DNA of 64,000 bases, from NCBI GenBank assembly GCA_965219415.1, contig CBDCNP010000002.1:3744001-3808000 (forward strand), in the 5' to 3' direction. Positions 31,435 through 42,241 of the stretch are shown one piece after another (the first letter of the stretch is position 1; each line of letters starts with the position of its first letter). The notes beneath the pieces were generated by a model that saw only the letters and a list, made by a program, of their open reading frames with translations, was not told where the DNA came from and made no database searches. Made by a program: the position numbers and the translations under genes. The stretch comes from Candidatus Marinacidobacterales bacterium (GTDB lineage Bacteria; Acidobacteriota; Vicinamibacteria; Marinacidobacterales; DATDRI01).

Positions 31435-32637
31435 TTAGCTTTTCTTCAGAACACTCCGCTTTCTTTCTGGATCGAAGAAAGGAAGCGGCACGATTTTCGC
31501 ACTCGCACGCTTGCGCGCGTACTCAATCGTCATCTCAAGCTCGAGGCGCGTGCCCGGCTTGGCGTGCTCGGACCTGATGGTCGCGATCGCGATGAATCTC
31601 TTCAAAAGCTTCGACCAACAGCTGCTGGTTGCACGGCCGATCTGCCGATCGTCGGCGTAGACGGGGACGGGGTCTCTCGAAGCGACGCTCGAGAGCTGTG
31701 GGATGAGATCCACTTCCTCGTAGAGCCCCTGTAGCTCCTCCCACTGGATCTCGAGTCCCACCAAGGCGTAGGGCGAGCCCCTCTCTTTCTCCTTCTCCAG
31801 CGCCTCACGGCCGACGAAACCGGGCTTGTTGAAATTCACCGCCCATCCCAGTCCTATTTCGTAAGGAGAGGACTTTTGCGACTCGATGAGAGCCTTCTCG
31901 GCGCTAATGAAATCCACCTCAATGAGCGGATACCCGGCTTCGATGCGCGCCAGGTCCAAGGCGAGCATGCCGGAAGGAGTGATCCCCCGACCCTTCCCGG
32001 CTTCCATCAAGAGATCCCAGACGCGCTCGGCGTGATCGCGGGGAACCCAAACCTCGTATCCCAAATCGCCCGTGAACCCGGTTCGGCTTACCCAGGTGGG
32101 AACGCTTCCAAGATTGGTGCGCGCGATCCAAAAGTACTTGAGATCGGACAGATCGGTGCTCGACAGTTCCATCAAGATCTCTCGCGAGCGCGGTCCTTGG
32201 AGAGCAAGCGCGCCCACTTGCTCGGAGAGATCTTCTATCTCCACATCCATTCCAACCGCGTTCAACTCGAACCACCGAAGCGTGGGGTCGGCCGCGGTTG
32301 CTCGGAAGGTGGTCTCGTCGAGGCGCTGAAAGGTGCCGTCTTGGATGACTTTGCCTTGTCGATCACACCAAGGCACATAAAGGACCTGCCCCACTTTGGC
32401 CTTGGCTGCGTTCCTGGTGATGATGCGGTTGACCAGCTTCTCCGCATCCCGGCCGCAGATCTCATATTTGAAGAGCGGGGAAACGTCGATGAGGCCTGCG
32501 CCGTTCCGCATGGCGTGGTACTCGGGGTCATGAAAATCGTCGTAGGAGCCGGGAGCGAAGTAGCCGGACCAATGGCGCCAGTTCATGCTTGTGCAGAGCG
32601 CGGAAGTCCTAGAATGAAACGGTGTTCCTACCGCCAT
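31435..32637 (-). CDS. Aminomethyltransferase (GcvT-family) protein
   Basis: GTPFH, IDVSPLFKY, LQGPRS, SRTGFTGDLGYE, ARIEAG. Confidence 0.85.
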   Translation of the reverse strand: MAVGTPFHSRTSALCTSMNWRHWSGYFAPGSYDDFHDPEYHAMRNGAGLIDVSPLFKYEICGRDAEKLVNRIITRNAAKAKVGQVLYVPWCDRQGKVIQDGTFQRLDETTFRATAADPTLRWFELNAVGMDVEIEDLSEQVGALALQGPRSREILMELSSTDLSDLKYFWIARTNLGSVPTWVSRTGFTGDLGYEVWVPRDHAERVWDLLMEAGKGRGITPSGMLALDLARIEAGYPLIEVDFISAEKALIESQKSSPYEIGLGWAVNFNKPGFVGREALEKEKERGSPYALVGLEIQWEELQGLYEEVDLIPQLSSVASRDPVPVYADDRQIGRATSSCWSKLLKRFIAIATIRSEHAKPGTRLELEMTIEYARKRASAKIVPLPFFDPERKRSVLKKS

Positions 32638-32744
32638 GATGTATTGGCTCCGAGGATGGTCATTCGAAGATTCCTTCGTGCAACTACCTGGTCCGACCTC
32701 GCTAGGAGCGGCAGTCTACGTAGCCGATTTCCTGTCGTCAACTT

Positions 32745-33440
32745 CAAAAAGTCGCGGAGCGCCGCCGATTCTTTCTGTGTTGCCCAGATCGATTCCCGAT
32801 TGAGGTCGACCAGGTAACGGTTGTTGTTGGTTAGGATGCCCCAAGGGGGATTGTGCTCCATCGCCAGCGGATCCGGATTACCCGCTGGCCCGGCTGCAAA
32901 GGAGTTCGACCACGAGGCCCATCGCTCGTGGGAGCTGGGATTCATGAGGGGGGTGAGAACAACTACCGCGCCTTCGAGGAGGCGCTTCGTCTCGCCGTCG
33001 GCCGCCGCCGCAAGGTGATAGGCCATCATGAGCGCCGACTCCAATCCCGCGGTCTCGTTCCCGTCGGTGCTGCAGTTGAGCCACACCGTCACCGGTGTCT
33101 TCTCGATGAGAGAGGAAGCATCTCCGACCGAAAGTGTTCTGGGATCGGTGAGGCGGGTGTTGGCAGATTTGATGTCGTCCAGGCGTTCTATGTTCTCCGC
33201 GCTCGATACGACGAGGAAACGAAGCTCTCGGTTTTCGTAATCCGATCCGTAGGTGCCGGAGAGGACACGCGGTGAGGCGTGGGCGAGCGCGGAGAGGTAA
33301 CGCTCCATGCCGGCGTAGTCGGTGACCCGAGCACCGAGCGGATATCCCAGCACCGAGTCGGGAGTAGGAATCCTCGCATCGTAGTCCTGAGCGTGCGCTA
33401 CCATCGCCGAAAGCACGAAGACGAGTAGCAGCTTACCCAC
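32745..33440 (-). pseudogene. M14 zinc carboxypeptidase family, N-terminal fragment
   Basis: Signal peptide, IPTPDSVLGY, DGNE, NRYLVDLNR; truncated. Confidence 0.7.
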
Positions 33441-33450
33441 GTTCAGGACC

Positions 33451-33825
33451 TCAGCGGTTCGCTTGGATGGTTCCCCAGTCCTTCAAGATCTCACGGCTCG
33501 CATTGTAGCCGGGAGCACCGCTGACCCCACCGCCCGGGTGAGTTGCGGCGCCGCAAAGGTAGAGGTTGGTCATCCGTCGATGCAAAAGCGTACCCGCGTT
33601 TCGCCAAGCTCGTTCAGAGTTTCACTGAGCGTATTAATGACCGCGTCGCCGAACGCTTCGCGTTTCTCCTCCCAAGTACCTTCCTTCAAATGGTAGGGGG
33701 CGTATTGCACGAAGATCGACATCACATGCTTTCCAAGGAGGCGCCATTGATGGATCGATTACCGAGGGAATGAGGATATCCATGTATGGTTTTCGCGAGA
33801 AGTCCCCGTACTTGGCATCGCGTGT
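33451..33825 (-). pseudogene. Phytoene-desaturase-like FAD oxidoreductase, C-terminal fragments
   Basis: DAKYG.FS..PYMD..IPS..DPSMAP, HVMSIFVQYAPY, NLYLCGAATHPGGGVSGAPG. Confidence 0.7.
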
Positions 33826-34190
33826 TCCTACGTTGTTAGCCTTCTGCGGCCCGAGATTATCGAAGAGCTGGATCTCCCCAATCACGGGCTACAGCTCCTA
33901 TCTCTCGACGGCACCTTCACCCCTCTTCCCGACGGCGACTACCTCGCCCGCTGGGGCGATCACGACAAGACGCGCCAAGAACTGGTGCGCCACTCCCGAA
34001 AAGACGCCGAGGCTTACGACCAGTTTGGCACGTTGATGTACCACCTTTCGCGGGCGGTGCGGACCATGCCTTCCACCGTGCCCCCCGAGCCAACCTTGAC
34101 GTCGTTCATGCGGCTAATGCTTTCGCGACCCGCACCGAAACCCGCGGGCGGAAGCCCGGGTGACCTCTTGGGGTTATTGAGGCTCGGCTT
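33826..34190 (+). pseudogene. Phytoene-desaturase-like FAD oxidoreductase, N-proximal fragment
   Basis: SYVVSLLRPEIIEELDLPNHGL...HSRKDAEAYD. Confidence 0.7.
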
Positions 34191-35786
34191 CACTCTCAAA
34201 CTAGCCGCCGAACAACACTTTCAAGCCTCTTTAGCGGTGATCGAGAGCTCGGTCGGCGCGCGGGAAGAGCTGATGGAGGACTTCGCCACTTTCTGGCGCA
34301 GTGCCCGCGCCACGGAGGAGCAAGCCTTTCTCCTCGAGCAAGGGAGTGATCTCACACGCGCCGACCTCTTGGTCGAAACGCTCCTCGCGAATCGGGTCGA
34401 GGTCTTCAAAAGCAAGAAAGAGTTGAGCCTCGCCAACGTCCACGACTATCTCGGGCGCCAATGGAACGAACGAAGTTTCCCGGCTGGAGGGTACGTCGTT
34501 CCGGTCGCCCAACCCCGAGCCCGGCTGGTTCTGACGATGCTGCGAAAAGATTTCGAGCTTCCCAAGGTGACCCGCGAGGCCGCGAGGGAGTTTCGCCGAA
34601 ATCAAGAGAAGGCCGGCTTCTACAATCCTAGTATCGGAGCTACCGGCTACATTTTTTACGACGTCACCGCCTGGTCGATGCCTTTGACGTTCAACGTTTC
34701 CGCCTATTGGACGACGGCGCCGGTAGTCGGTGATCTCGCGCCGGTTGAGGCTGTCGAGCGAGAGCCGCCGCCTCGATCTCCTGAGGCACAATACGGCTAC
34801 GTTTTCCAAGGCCAGAGCAACGCTTCGATGGTCCTCATCATCGATCTCATCCAGCAGGGTGTCGTGGCCCATGTCGCTTACAGCGATTTCCGTGTCCAAG
34901 GGCGAGACTATTCGCGCGGCTCGATCGTGATCCGCAAGGAGCGGAACCCGAACGTCGATATGGAAAAGCTGCTGGGAACTGCGTCGCAACGTCACGGTGT
35001 CCGTATCGATGCACTCGACTCCAACTATTCAGAAGCCGGTCCGAGTCTGGGGTCCGACCAGTTCGTTTTCGTCAAGCGACCGAAGATCGCCGTTCTGACC
35101 GGCGACCCGGTGAGCGTTCGTTCTTTCGGAAACACTTGGTTCATCCTGGAGCACTCGTATGAGCTCACCTTCACCGCGATCTACAAGGAGCAGTTGAACG
35201 AAGTCTCCTTGGATGAGTACAACGTCCTCGTCCTCCCGGAGGGCTATTACGATGACCGAACGTTTTCAGAGGAATGGATCGAAACTCTGAAGGCCTGGAT
35301 CCGCCGTGGTGGAACGCTCGTCTGTTTCAGAAGCGCATCCGCGTGGGTTTCCAAATTGGATGCGGAACTCACCTCCGCCCGCATGCGCTTGCCAATCTGG
35401 CCAGCGGACGCCAAGGAAGGTATCAAGCCGCGGAAAACCGCGGCGATTCCCGGCGCGATTCTGAGGACGGTACCCGACCAGCACCACTACCTTAGTTTGG
35501 GCTATGACGGTCCGACGCCGGTTCTGGTGCGCTCGAGCCTCGCCTTCGAGCCAGATCCATCCCTGGCGACCCCCTTCACGTTTACCTCGTCGGCGAGAAA
35601 CCTCCTGCTCAGCGGATTCGCCTACAACGATTCCGTCGAGCGTCTGGCCGGGACCCCTTATGTATAGAGGAACGAGTCGGCTCGGGCCATATCGTCTTGT
35701 TTCTCGACGATCCAACTTTCCGCATTTACTGGTATGGCCTTGCGCGTCTATTTTTGAACAGCATCTTGCTGAGCCCCAGTTTTTGA
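34190..35786 (+). pseudogene. M14 carboxypeptidase-family C-terminal part
   Basis: YVVPVAQP, FYDVTAWSMP, LKAWIRRGGTL, LLSGF, DDPTFR..W; frameshift ~35662. Confidence 0.7.
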
Positions 35787-35796
35787 GGAAGACCCC

Positions 35797-37813
35797 ATGA
35801 GAACACTCTGCTAGCGTTCCTGGCTCTTGTTGCAGTCGCTCCTTTCGTCGCCGCGCAGCCGCAGGGCCGCAATTTGACCGTAGACGACTACTTTCGCATC
35901 CAACGTATATCTGATCCACAGGTAAGCCCCGACGGTGAATGGATCGCATACACCATAGGCTCGACCAACCTGGAAGAAGAAAAGGCCGAGACCCGCATCT
36001 GGATGGTGCCGGTCGCCGGCGGCGATCCCATTTCCATGACCGCGTTGGGGAGCTCGGCCTCGCGACCGCGTTGGAGTCGGGACGGCAAGTATCTCGCGTT
36101 CTTGTCTGCGCGCAACGACGAGAAGAAGCAAGTTTGGACTCTTTTCCGTCATGGGGGCGATGCCGTGCAAAGGACTAAGGTACGACAGGGCGTCGACTCC
36201 TTCGAGTGGTCCCCCGATGGGAGCCGGATGGTCCTCATCATCAAGGATCCGAAACAGGAGGAGCCCGAAGAGAAAGACGCGAAGGACGAGAAGAAGACTC
36301 CGAAGCCATGGGTCATTGATCGCCTTCAGTTCAAGCAAGACTACATCGGCTACCTGGATCGTCGCCGTACGCACCTCTACATTTTGAATATCGACACCGG
36401 AGAGCAAACACAGGTCACCTTTGGCGATTTCGACGACTCGCAGCCCGCTTGCTCACCGAACGGCAAGCGTATCGCTTTCGTGAGCAACCGTACCGAAGAA
36501 CCCGATAGTAACTACAACACCGACATCTGGGTGGTGGATAGCGAGAATCTAGATCAACAACAAGAACTTCTTCGAATCACAACAAACCTCGGACCCGATC
36601 GCTCGCCTGCCTGGAGCCCCGATGGCCAGTCCATAGCCCATGTTGCCGAAACCGATGTCGAGGCCATGGTGTACGCGACGCCGCATCTAGCCGTTGCCGC
36701 TTCAAACGGCGGGAAGACCGATGTCCTGACCCAGAGGTTGGACCGCCACATCGCAAGTCCCCGTTTCTCGATGGATGGTCGATCGATTTACTTTGTTCTC
36801 GAGGACAGTGGCGAGGCGAACCTCGCGAGCATTCCGGCCGGTGGAGGTCCAGTGACGCGTGTCGTCCAGGGGCCTCGCGTCGTCAACGCGTATTCTCTAG
36901 GGCGAGGCGGGGCAGTCGTCGCGCTGGTCAGCGAGCCTCATTTTCCACCAGAGGTGTTCACCCTCGAGGAAGGGGAACTCGAGCAGATCACCCACGCCAA
37001 CGAAGAGCTATTGGCCGAAGTTCGTTTGGGTGAGACCGAGAACGCCCACTTCAAGAGTAAAGACGGTACCGACATCGAGGGCTTCGTTACTAACCTTCCG
37101 ATTTTCAGCGAGGTGTGCGGTATCCGACCCTCCTTCGCATCCACGGGGGACCGATCTCGCAATACGACTTTGGATTCAGCTTCGAGACACAGCTCTTCGC
37201 GGCCAATGGCTACGTCGTGGTCCGAACCAACCCTCGAGGATCCTCGGGCTACGGTCAGGACTTCTCGCTCGGAATCTGGCAGAGCTGGGGCGAAAAGGAC
37301 TCCGAGGATGTGCTAGCCGGTGTCGACTACGCGATCGAGCAGGGCTACGCGGATCCGGATCGGCTCGGCGTCGGGGGATGGTCGTACGGAGGCATTTTGA
37401 CCAACCACGTCATTGCCCGAACCGATCGGTTCAAGGCGGCGATTACCGGAGCCAGCGAGACTCTTTACATCGTCAACTACGGGCACGATCACTATCAGCG
37501 CTGGTGGGAGCGGGAGGTGGGACTTCCTTGGGAAAACCGGGAACTGTGGGAGAAGATGTCTCCGTTCAACCAGGTCGAGAATATCGTCACCCCTACTCTA
37601 ATCATGGGCGGCGAGAAGGATTGGAACGTGCCCATCAATAACTCCGAGCTTCTCTACCAGGCACTCAGGCGACTCGGGCGTACGACGGAGCTGGTGGTCT
37701 ATCCGAATCAGCACCACGGCCTGCGCGTGCCGTCCCACCAGAAGGATCGATTCGAGCGCTACTTGAGTTGGTACGGCAAGTACGTAAAAGGTATGGACGA
37801 AGCCACTAACTAG
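35797..37813 (+). CDS. S9-family (acylaminoacyl/dipeptidyl) peptidase, frameshifts ~35808 and ~37095
   Basis: PD40-like SPDG repeats; IHGGP, NPRGSSGYG, GWSYGG, GEKDWNVP, YPNQHH. Confidence 0.88.
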
Positions 37814-37820
37814 GATGGAG

Positions 37821-37860
37821 AAAAAATAGCGAGGGAGCCGCCGGGCGGCTCCCTCTTTTT
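37821..37860. terminator. Bidirectional rho-independent terminator
   Basis: AAAAAA..GAGGGAGCCGC-CGG-GCGGCTCCCTC-TTTTT between convergent genes. Confidence 0.8.
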
Positions 37861-37871
37861 CTATCTTCCGA

Positions 37872-38357
37872 CTACTCTTCTCCGGCGCTCGGCGGAACCA
37901 TCGGTACCCGACTAAGACCGGCCGTGTACAGCCACTCGCCGTCTTTCTTGACCAAGACTTCGGTGTACAACCCTTCCGTTGGTGGGCCCCCTTCGGCCGG
38001 AAGGCCACTCATCGTCCATGCACCATCAGCGATGGCAATGGTGGGTCGGATGAAGCGAAGGGAGATCTGCTCGAATTCGAGTTGAGCACCCTCTGGCAAC
38101 TCGGCAAACCCTTTTGCTTCCCCTTCCTCGATCGCCATACGCCCGCTGACGGTCTCGCCCATGGCACCAACGCCAGAGGCATCCTCCGTATAGAGTGCTG
38201 CGATGACCTTGGCGTCGCGGTTGCTCCAGGCTTCCCGGTAGCGGTCATCCAACTGGGCGATGGCTTCCTCGTCCGCTGCGGTGTCCTGTGCAACGATGAC
38301 ACTAGTCAACGACACGACGAGCCCCAAGACCGTTATCACTGAAAAGAAAGTTCGCAT
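37872..38357 (-). CDS. Secreted NTF2/SnoaL-like (SgcJ/DUF4440) protein
   Basis: AWSNRDAKVIAALYTEDA, GRMAIE, VKKDGEW; signal peptide. Confidence 0.75.
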   Translation of the reverse strand: MRTFFSVITVLGLVVSLTSVIVAQDTAADEEAIAQLDDRYREAWSNRDAKVIAALYTEDASGVGAMGETVSGRMAIEEGEAKGFAELPEGAQLEFEQISLRFIRPTIAIADGAWTMSGLPAEGGPPTEGLYTEVLVKKDGEWLYTAGLSRVPMVPPSAGEE

Positions 38358-38399
38358 TGCTATCCCTCCTTATGTGGGATCCATCCTTAGAAATCGAGA

Positions 38400-38921
38400 C
38401 TATGTCGTGCCAGGAGCCTTGACCGGGATCCAGGAACGGAGACTGGTGATGAGCCACTGGTCTCCCTCTTGGACGAGGATATTGGTGTACAGGCCCTTTT
38501 GCGCCGGCATCTCTTCACCCTCGGCGCCGGTGATACCGGAGACCTCGAAACTACCGTTGACGAGGGCAACGCCCTCTTCCAACTCGCGGGTGCTGGTCGT
38601 GTCGATCGAGATGGTCGTGCCGGCATAGATGGTCTCGAACAGAATGGCGTACCGCTTCGCTATCTCCTCGCGCCCCGAGTACATCTCACCGTCCGGCCCC
38701 GAGCTATCGGCGTCCGCGGTGTAAAAAGTCGCGACACTAGCGCCATCCCCGGCATTCCAAGCTGCCTCGAAACCGTCGATGAGCGCCTCCTGCCCCGCTT
38801 CGACGGAAGACTCCATCGACTCTTCCGCCGGGGCCTCTTCGGCAGGTTGCTCCGCCGCTGGTTGGCAGCCGATCAATACGGCGACAGCGGCGAAGGTGAC
38901 AAGAAACAACAAGTTACGCAT
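38400..38921 (-). CDS. NTF2/SnoaL-like lipoprotein, tandem paralogue
   Basis: LIGC lipobox; AWNAGDG...FYTADAD, GREEIA, EGDQWLI. Confidence 0.75.
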   Translation of the reverse strand: MRNLLFLVTFAAVAVLIGCQPAAEQPAEEAPAEESMESSVEAGQEALIDGFEAAWNAGDGASVATFYTADADSSGPDGEMYSGREEIAKRYAILFETIYAGTTISIDTTSTRELEEGVALVNGSFEVSGITGAEGEEMPAQKGLYTNILVQEGDQWLITSLRSWIPVKAPGTT

Positions 38922-39020
38922 GGTCCCCCCTTTTGGGGGACTCGAAACGTTCCCCCTAACCCCCCATGGCGAAGCTGACTCTACGCTCCCGTCGCTCCTT
39001 AGTCAACTCCTGTAGAGTGC

Positions 39021-39713
39021 CTAGTTTTCCACCGGCATCTCGAAGCTATCTCCCTGCTTGGGTACGACACAATCCCGGCAACCCCGCACCCGCTCACTCG
39101 CCCTGTGGTGGTAGATCACTTTCTTCTCACCCGGTAGCTGTTTACCCGCCCGCAGTGTGCTATTCGCAAGCCATGGAGTGACGAAGAGAACGTCCACATC
39201 GCTATTCTCAACGAGCGCCTCGTCGCTTTCGGTGTCACCGACGAAGTACAGGGTTCGCCCGTGCCACGTGACGCGATAGGAGTAATGTTCGAAACCTCGG
39301 TGCGGTGTTCTGACCGGTTGAATACGAATGGGTCCGAAACGGACCTCGTCCTCGAGATCGATTGAGGGAACGTCGGGCAGCTTGCGAGTTACCTCTTTCG
39401 GTGCCACCAACGTGCATCCGAGTTGTTCCACCAACGTCGGGTCGAAGTGATCCAGGTGACGATGAGTAATGAGGCAGACCGCATTCTCCCTTCGGTAAAT
39501 CTGTTTGTTGGGATAGGTCATGTACCCGGCGTAGCCGGGCTGGTAAGGGAAGTCACTAAGAAGAGTCGTCTCGCCATCGGTTATCTCGAAAGCCTGATTG
39601 CCGATGAAACGGAAATGAAGCGACTCGGCTTCCGTCGCACGCATGAAAGCGAGGACCAGACCTACGCCTAGGAAGAAGGACCCGATCAACGTCCTGAGTG
39701 GTGGCATCAGCAT
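39021..39713 (-). CDS. MBL-fold metallo-hydrolase
   Basis: ITHRHLDHFD, YFVGDT. Confidence 0.75.
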   Translation of the reverse strand: MLMPPLRTLIGSFFLGVGLVLAFMRATEAESLHFRFIGNQAFEITDGETTLLSDFPYQPGYAGYMTYPNKQIYRRENAVCLITHRHLDHFDPTLVEQLGCTLVAPKEVTRKLPDVPSIDLEDEVRFGPIRIQPVRTPHRGFEHYSYRVTWHGRTLYFVGDTESDEALVENSDVDVLFVTPWLANSTLRAGKQLPGEKKVIYHHRASERVRGCRDCVVPKQGDSFEMPVEN

Positions 39714-40468
39714 TTCGCCAGAACACCGCCATCGGCGACGAGATCGATTCCAGTGATGAAGCTAGCTTGATCGGCAAGCAGAAACAGAGCCGCAAAGGAG
39801 ATATCTTCGGGTCGGCCGACCCGACCCAATGGTGTACGGGACGACATGGCCTCCATTCTCTCGGGATCTCGATAGATCTCCTCGGTCATGGGGGTTTGCA
39901 CCGCACCTGAACAAACCGTGTTAGATCGAATTTGATAGGGGGCATACTGAATGGCCAAAGAACGGCTCAGAGAGATGAGTGCCGCCTTGGACATCTGGTA
40001 GGCATCCAAAGCACCGCCATCGAAAATATTCTCCATGTTATGAAGACCGGTGATGCTGGCGATATGAACTATCGCCCCTTCTTCCTTCAACATGTGCGGA
40101 AGACACGCCTTCGTAGCAAGGATGGCGCCGTAAAGATTGATCTGCATCGTACGGTTCAACACTTCCATGTCCTGTCCTACAATACCGCCATCGCGATCGA
40201 GAAGCGCCACCCCGGCAGCGTTCACAAGGTAGCGGGGCGGGCCGAGTTGGCCAGTAACTCGCTTAATCGAGGCGGCGACGAAGTCGGCATCCGTTATATC
40301 ACCGCGGTAATAGTGCCGTCCTTCTCTAGGCTCGGCGATTGGATCCGGTTTCTTGTCCAGTATCGCGACCAACACACCCGACTGCTGCAGATCGGCGGCG
40401 ACGGAATAGCCGATACCTCCCGCCCCACCGGTGACGACGGCGACTTTGCCAGAAAAAGTTGGTTTCAC
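39707..40468 (-). CDS. Short-chain dehydrogenase/reductase
   Basis: TGGAGGIG, VNAAG, YQMSK, VADGG. Confidence 0.9.
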   Translation of the reverse strand: MKPTFSGKVAVVTGGAGGIGYSVAADLQQSGVLVAILDKKPDPIAEPREGRHYYRGDITDADFVAASIKRVTGQLGPPRYLVNAAGVALLDRDGGIVGQDMEVLNRTMQINLYGAILATKACLPHMLKEEGAIVHIASITGLHNMENIFDGGALDAYQMSKAALISLSRSLAIQYAPYQIRSNTVCSGAVQTPMTEEIYRDPERMEAMSSRTPLGRVGRPEDISFAALFLLADQASFITGIDLVADGGVLAKC

Positions 40469-40485
40469 GCTATTGGCTCCTACAT

Positions 40486-41361
40486 TTACTGGGATTCTTC
40501 CGCGTCGGCGGAAACGAGGGTCGCAAGCACGGCACGCAGCAAATGTTGACGGTCCTCCGGCACCAAAGTCGACAATCGGAGGGGTTGATCGGCTCTCCGA
40601 ACCCGCAGGTTAGACGACTCTCCTATGCGGGTCGTGCCGTCGAGACGTTCCACTAGGGCGCGCATCGCATCGGCGGGCGCGGCGAAACGTGCGCGCAGGG
40701 TCGGCTCTTGCTTCCACTTTAGTAGAAACTCGGTGACGCGCTCTTCCACGAACCGCGTCTCGCTCTCACCCAATAGGGCGAACACCTGCGCCGTCTGTCT
40801 TTCGAACTTTCCGAGCGCCTTATACGGAAGCGTGCCCCAGGATCCGGGAGTAACTACCGAGTAACGTCTCGATGGACGCTACCTTCAGCGGAACAAGCCA
40901 AGAATCCATGACCCGCTTCAACTTCGCCTGCCGCTCGTGGTCATCTAGCGCCGACAAGGGTGGCTCGCCATGTGCTCGTGGCTCAGGAAGGTGTGGCTCT
41001 CCAACGCCTCGAGCACGTCGGAGAGAAAATCCGACGGCCGATAGTACTTGTTGGTCAGACATAGGTTCACACTAGAGTTGGCGATGGTCTCGAGCTCGGC
41101 AGTCTCGACGGCATTTCCCAAGTTGAACAACCGGTCTAACTGGGAACGGAACGCGCCCGCATCGGCGTACGCTTGGCGCAACTCGGCATCCTGACCCGTT
41201 CGGTCCCGGTAGTGACGGAGGCTGTGCTGAATCTCCCGCCGGTGATACCACCGTTGCGCCTTCTCCGCGAGCTTCTGACCAATCTTCAAAGGCCTGACTT
41301 TCGCTATTCTACCAGCCGAACTATAGTAGGCAGCCTGCTCGAGAAACAAGCGCGGGGGCAA
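40486..41361 (-). pseudogene. Hypothetical protein in three overlapping frames
   Basis: Consecutive minus-strand ORFs 40945..41361, 40820..41062 and 40486..40785; no family recognised. Confidence 0.35.
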
Positions 41362-41376
41362 ATAGGAAGGAAGGTC

Positions 41377-42209
41377 ATGAGGTCAGCACTTGTTTCCTTG
41401 TTCATCTTGTTCGCTTTCAGTTTCCGTGCTCGGGCGCAACTCGCCGGTGCAAAGGAAGGCCCGGTCGCCATGGGCCACCATCATTTCTTCGTGACAGACG
41501 TCGATGCCCACCTGAAACTGTGGACGGAGCTTCTCGGCGCAAAGCCAGTCAAGCTGGCCGAGTACAATGTGTTGAAGCTCCCCAACCTCATCATTTTTAT
41601 CACCGAGAACCCACCAGCGGGCGGCACCAAGGACACCATCGTGAACCACGTAGGATTGCAGGTGCGGGAGCTCCGGCCTCTGATCGCGAGGCTGAAGGCG
41701 GCCGGCGCCGATGTAGCAACCAAGAGAGTGGTCCCTCCAGCCGAAGACGACATCTTCTATTTCGAGGACACCGACTCGTACCTCGCCTTCGTGATGGGTC
41801 CGGACGACACGAAGGTGGAGCTCATCGAGAATCGGTCACTTGACGCTGCCATCGCCAATCACCACATCCACTTCTACACCCAGAGGTGGACGAAATGAAA
41901 GACTGGTACGCCCGGCTCTTCGGTGCGACACCTAGTAAACGCGGTGAGTGGGAGGCTGCCGATCTACCAGGGGTCAACCTGACATTCACCGCCACGAAAG
42001 AGCCGGTGCTGGGCATTCAGGGACGTGTACTCAATCACATCGGCTTCGAGGTTCAGAACCTCGAGTCTTTTTGCAAGAAGCTAGAGGGCCTGGGCGTGAA
42101 GTTCGATCGTCCCTACCGCGAGATCCCCGAGCTCGGCATCGGCCTAGCGTTTTTGACCGACCCTTGGGGAACCTACATCGAGCTTACCGAAGGGCTCGAC
42201 GAGCTCTAG
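41377..42209 (+). CDS. Secreted two-domain VOC/glyoxalase-family protein (frameshift ~41880)
   Basis: GHHHF, NHVGLQV, GPDDTKVEL, NHIGFEV, TDPWGTYIELTE. Confidence 0.75.
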
Positions 42210-42241
42210 AGTATCCGACGGCCAAGCCTCGTCTCGGTCAA

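Noticed and set aside
33985-35667. 560-aa ORF as a genuine novel fusion protein
   Set aside because: Both parts are truncated pieces whose complements lie inverted nearby
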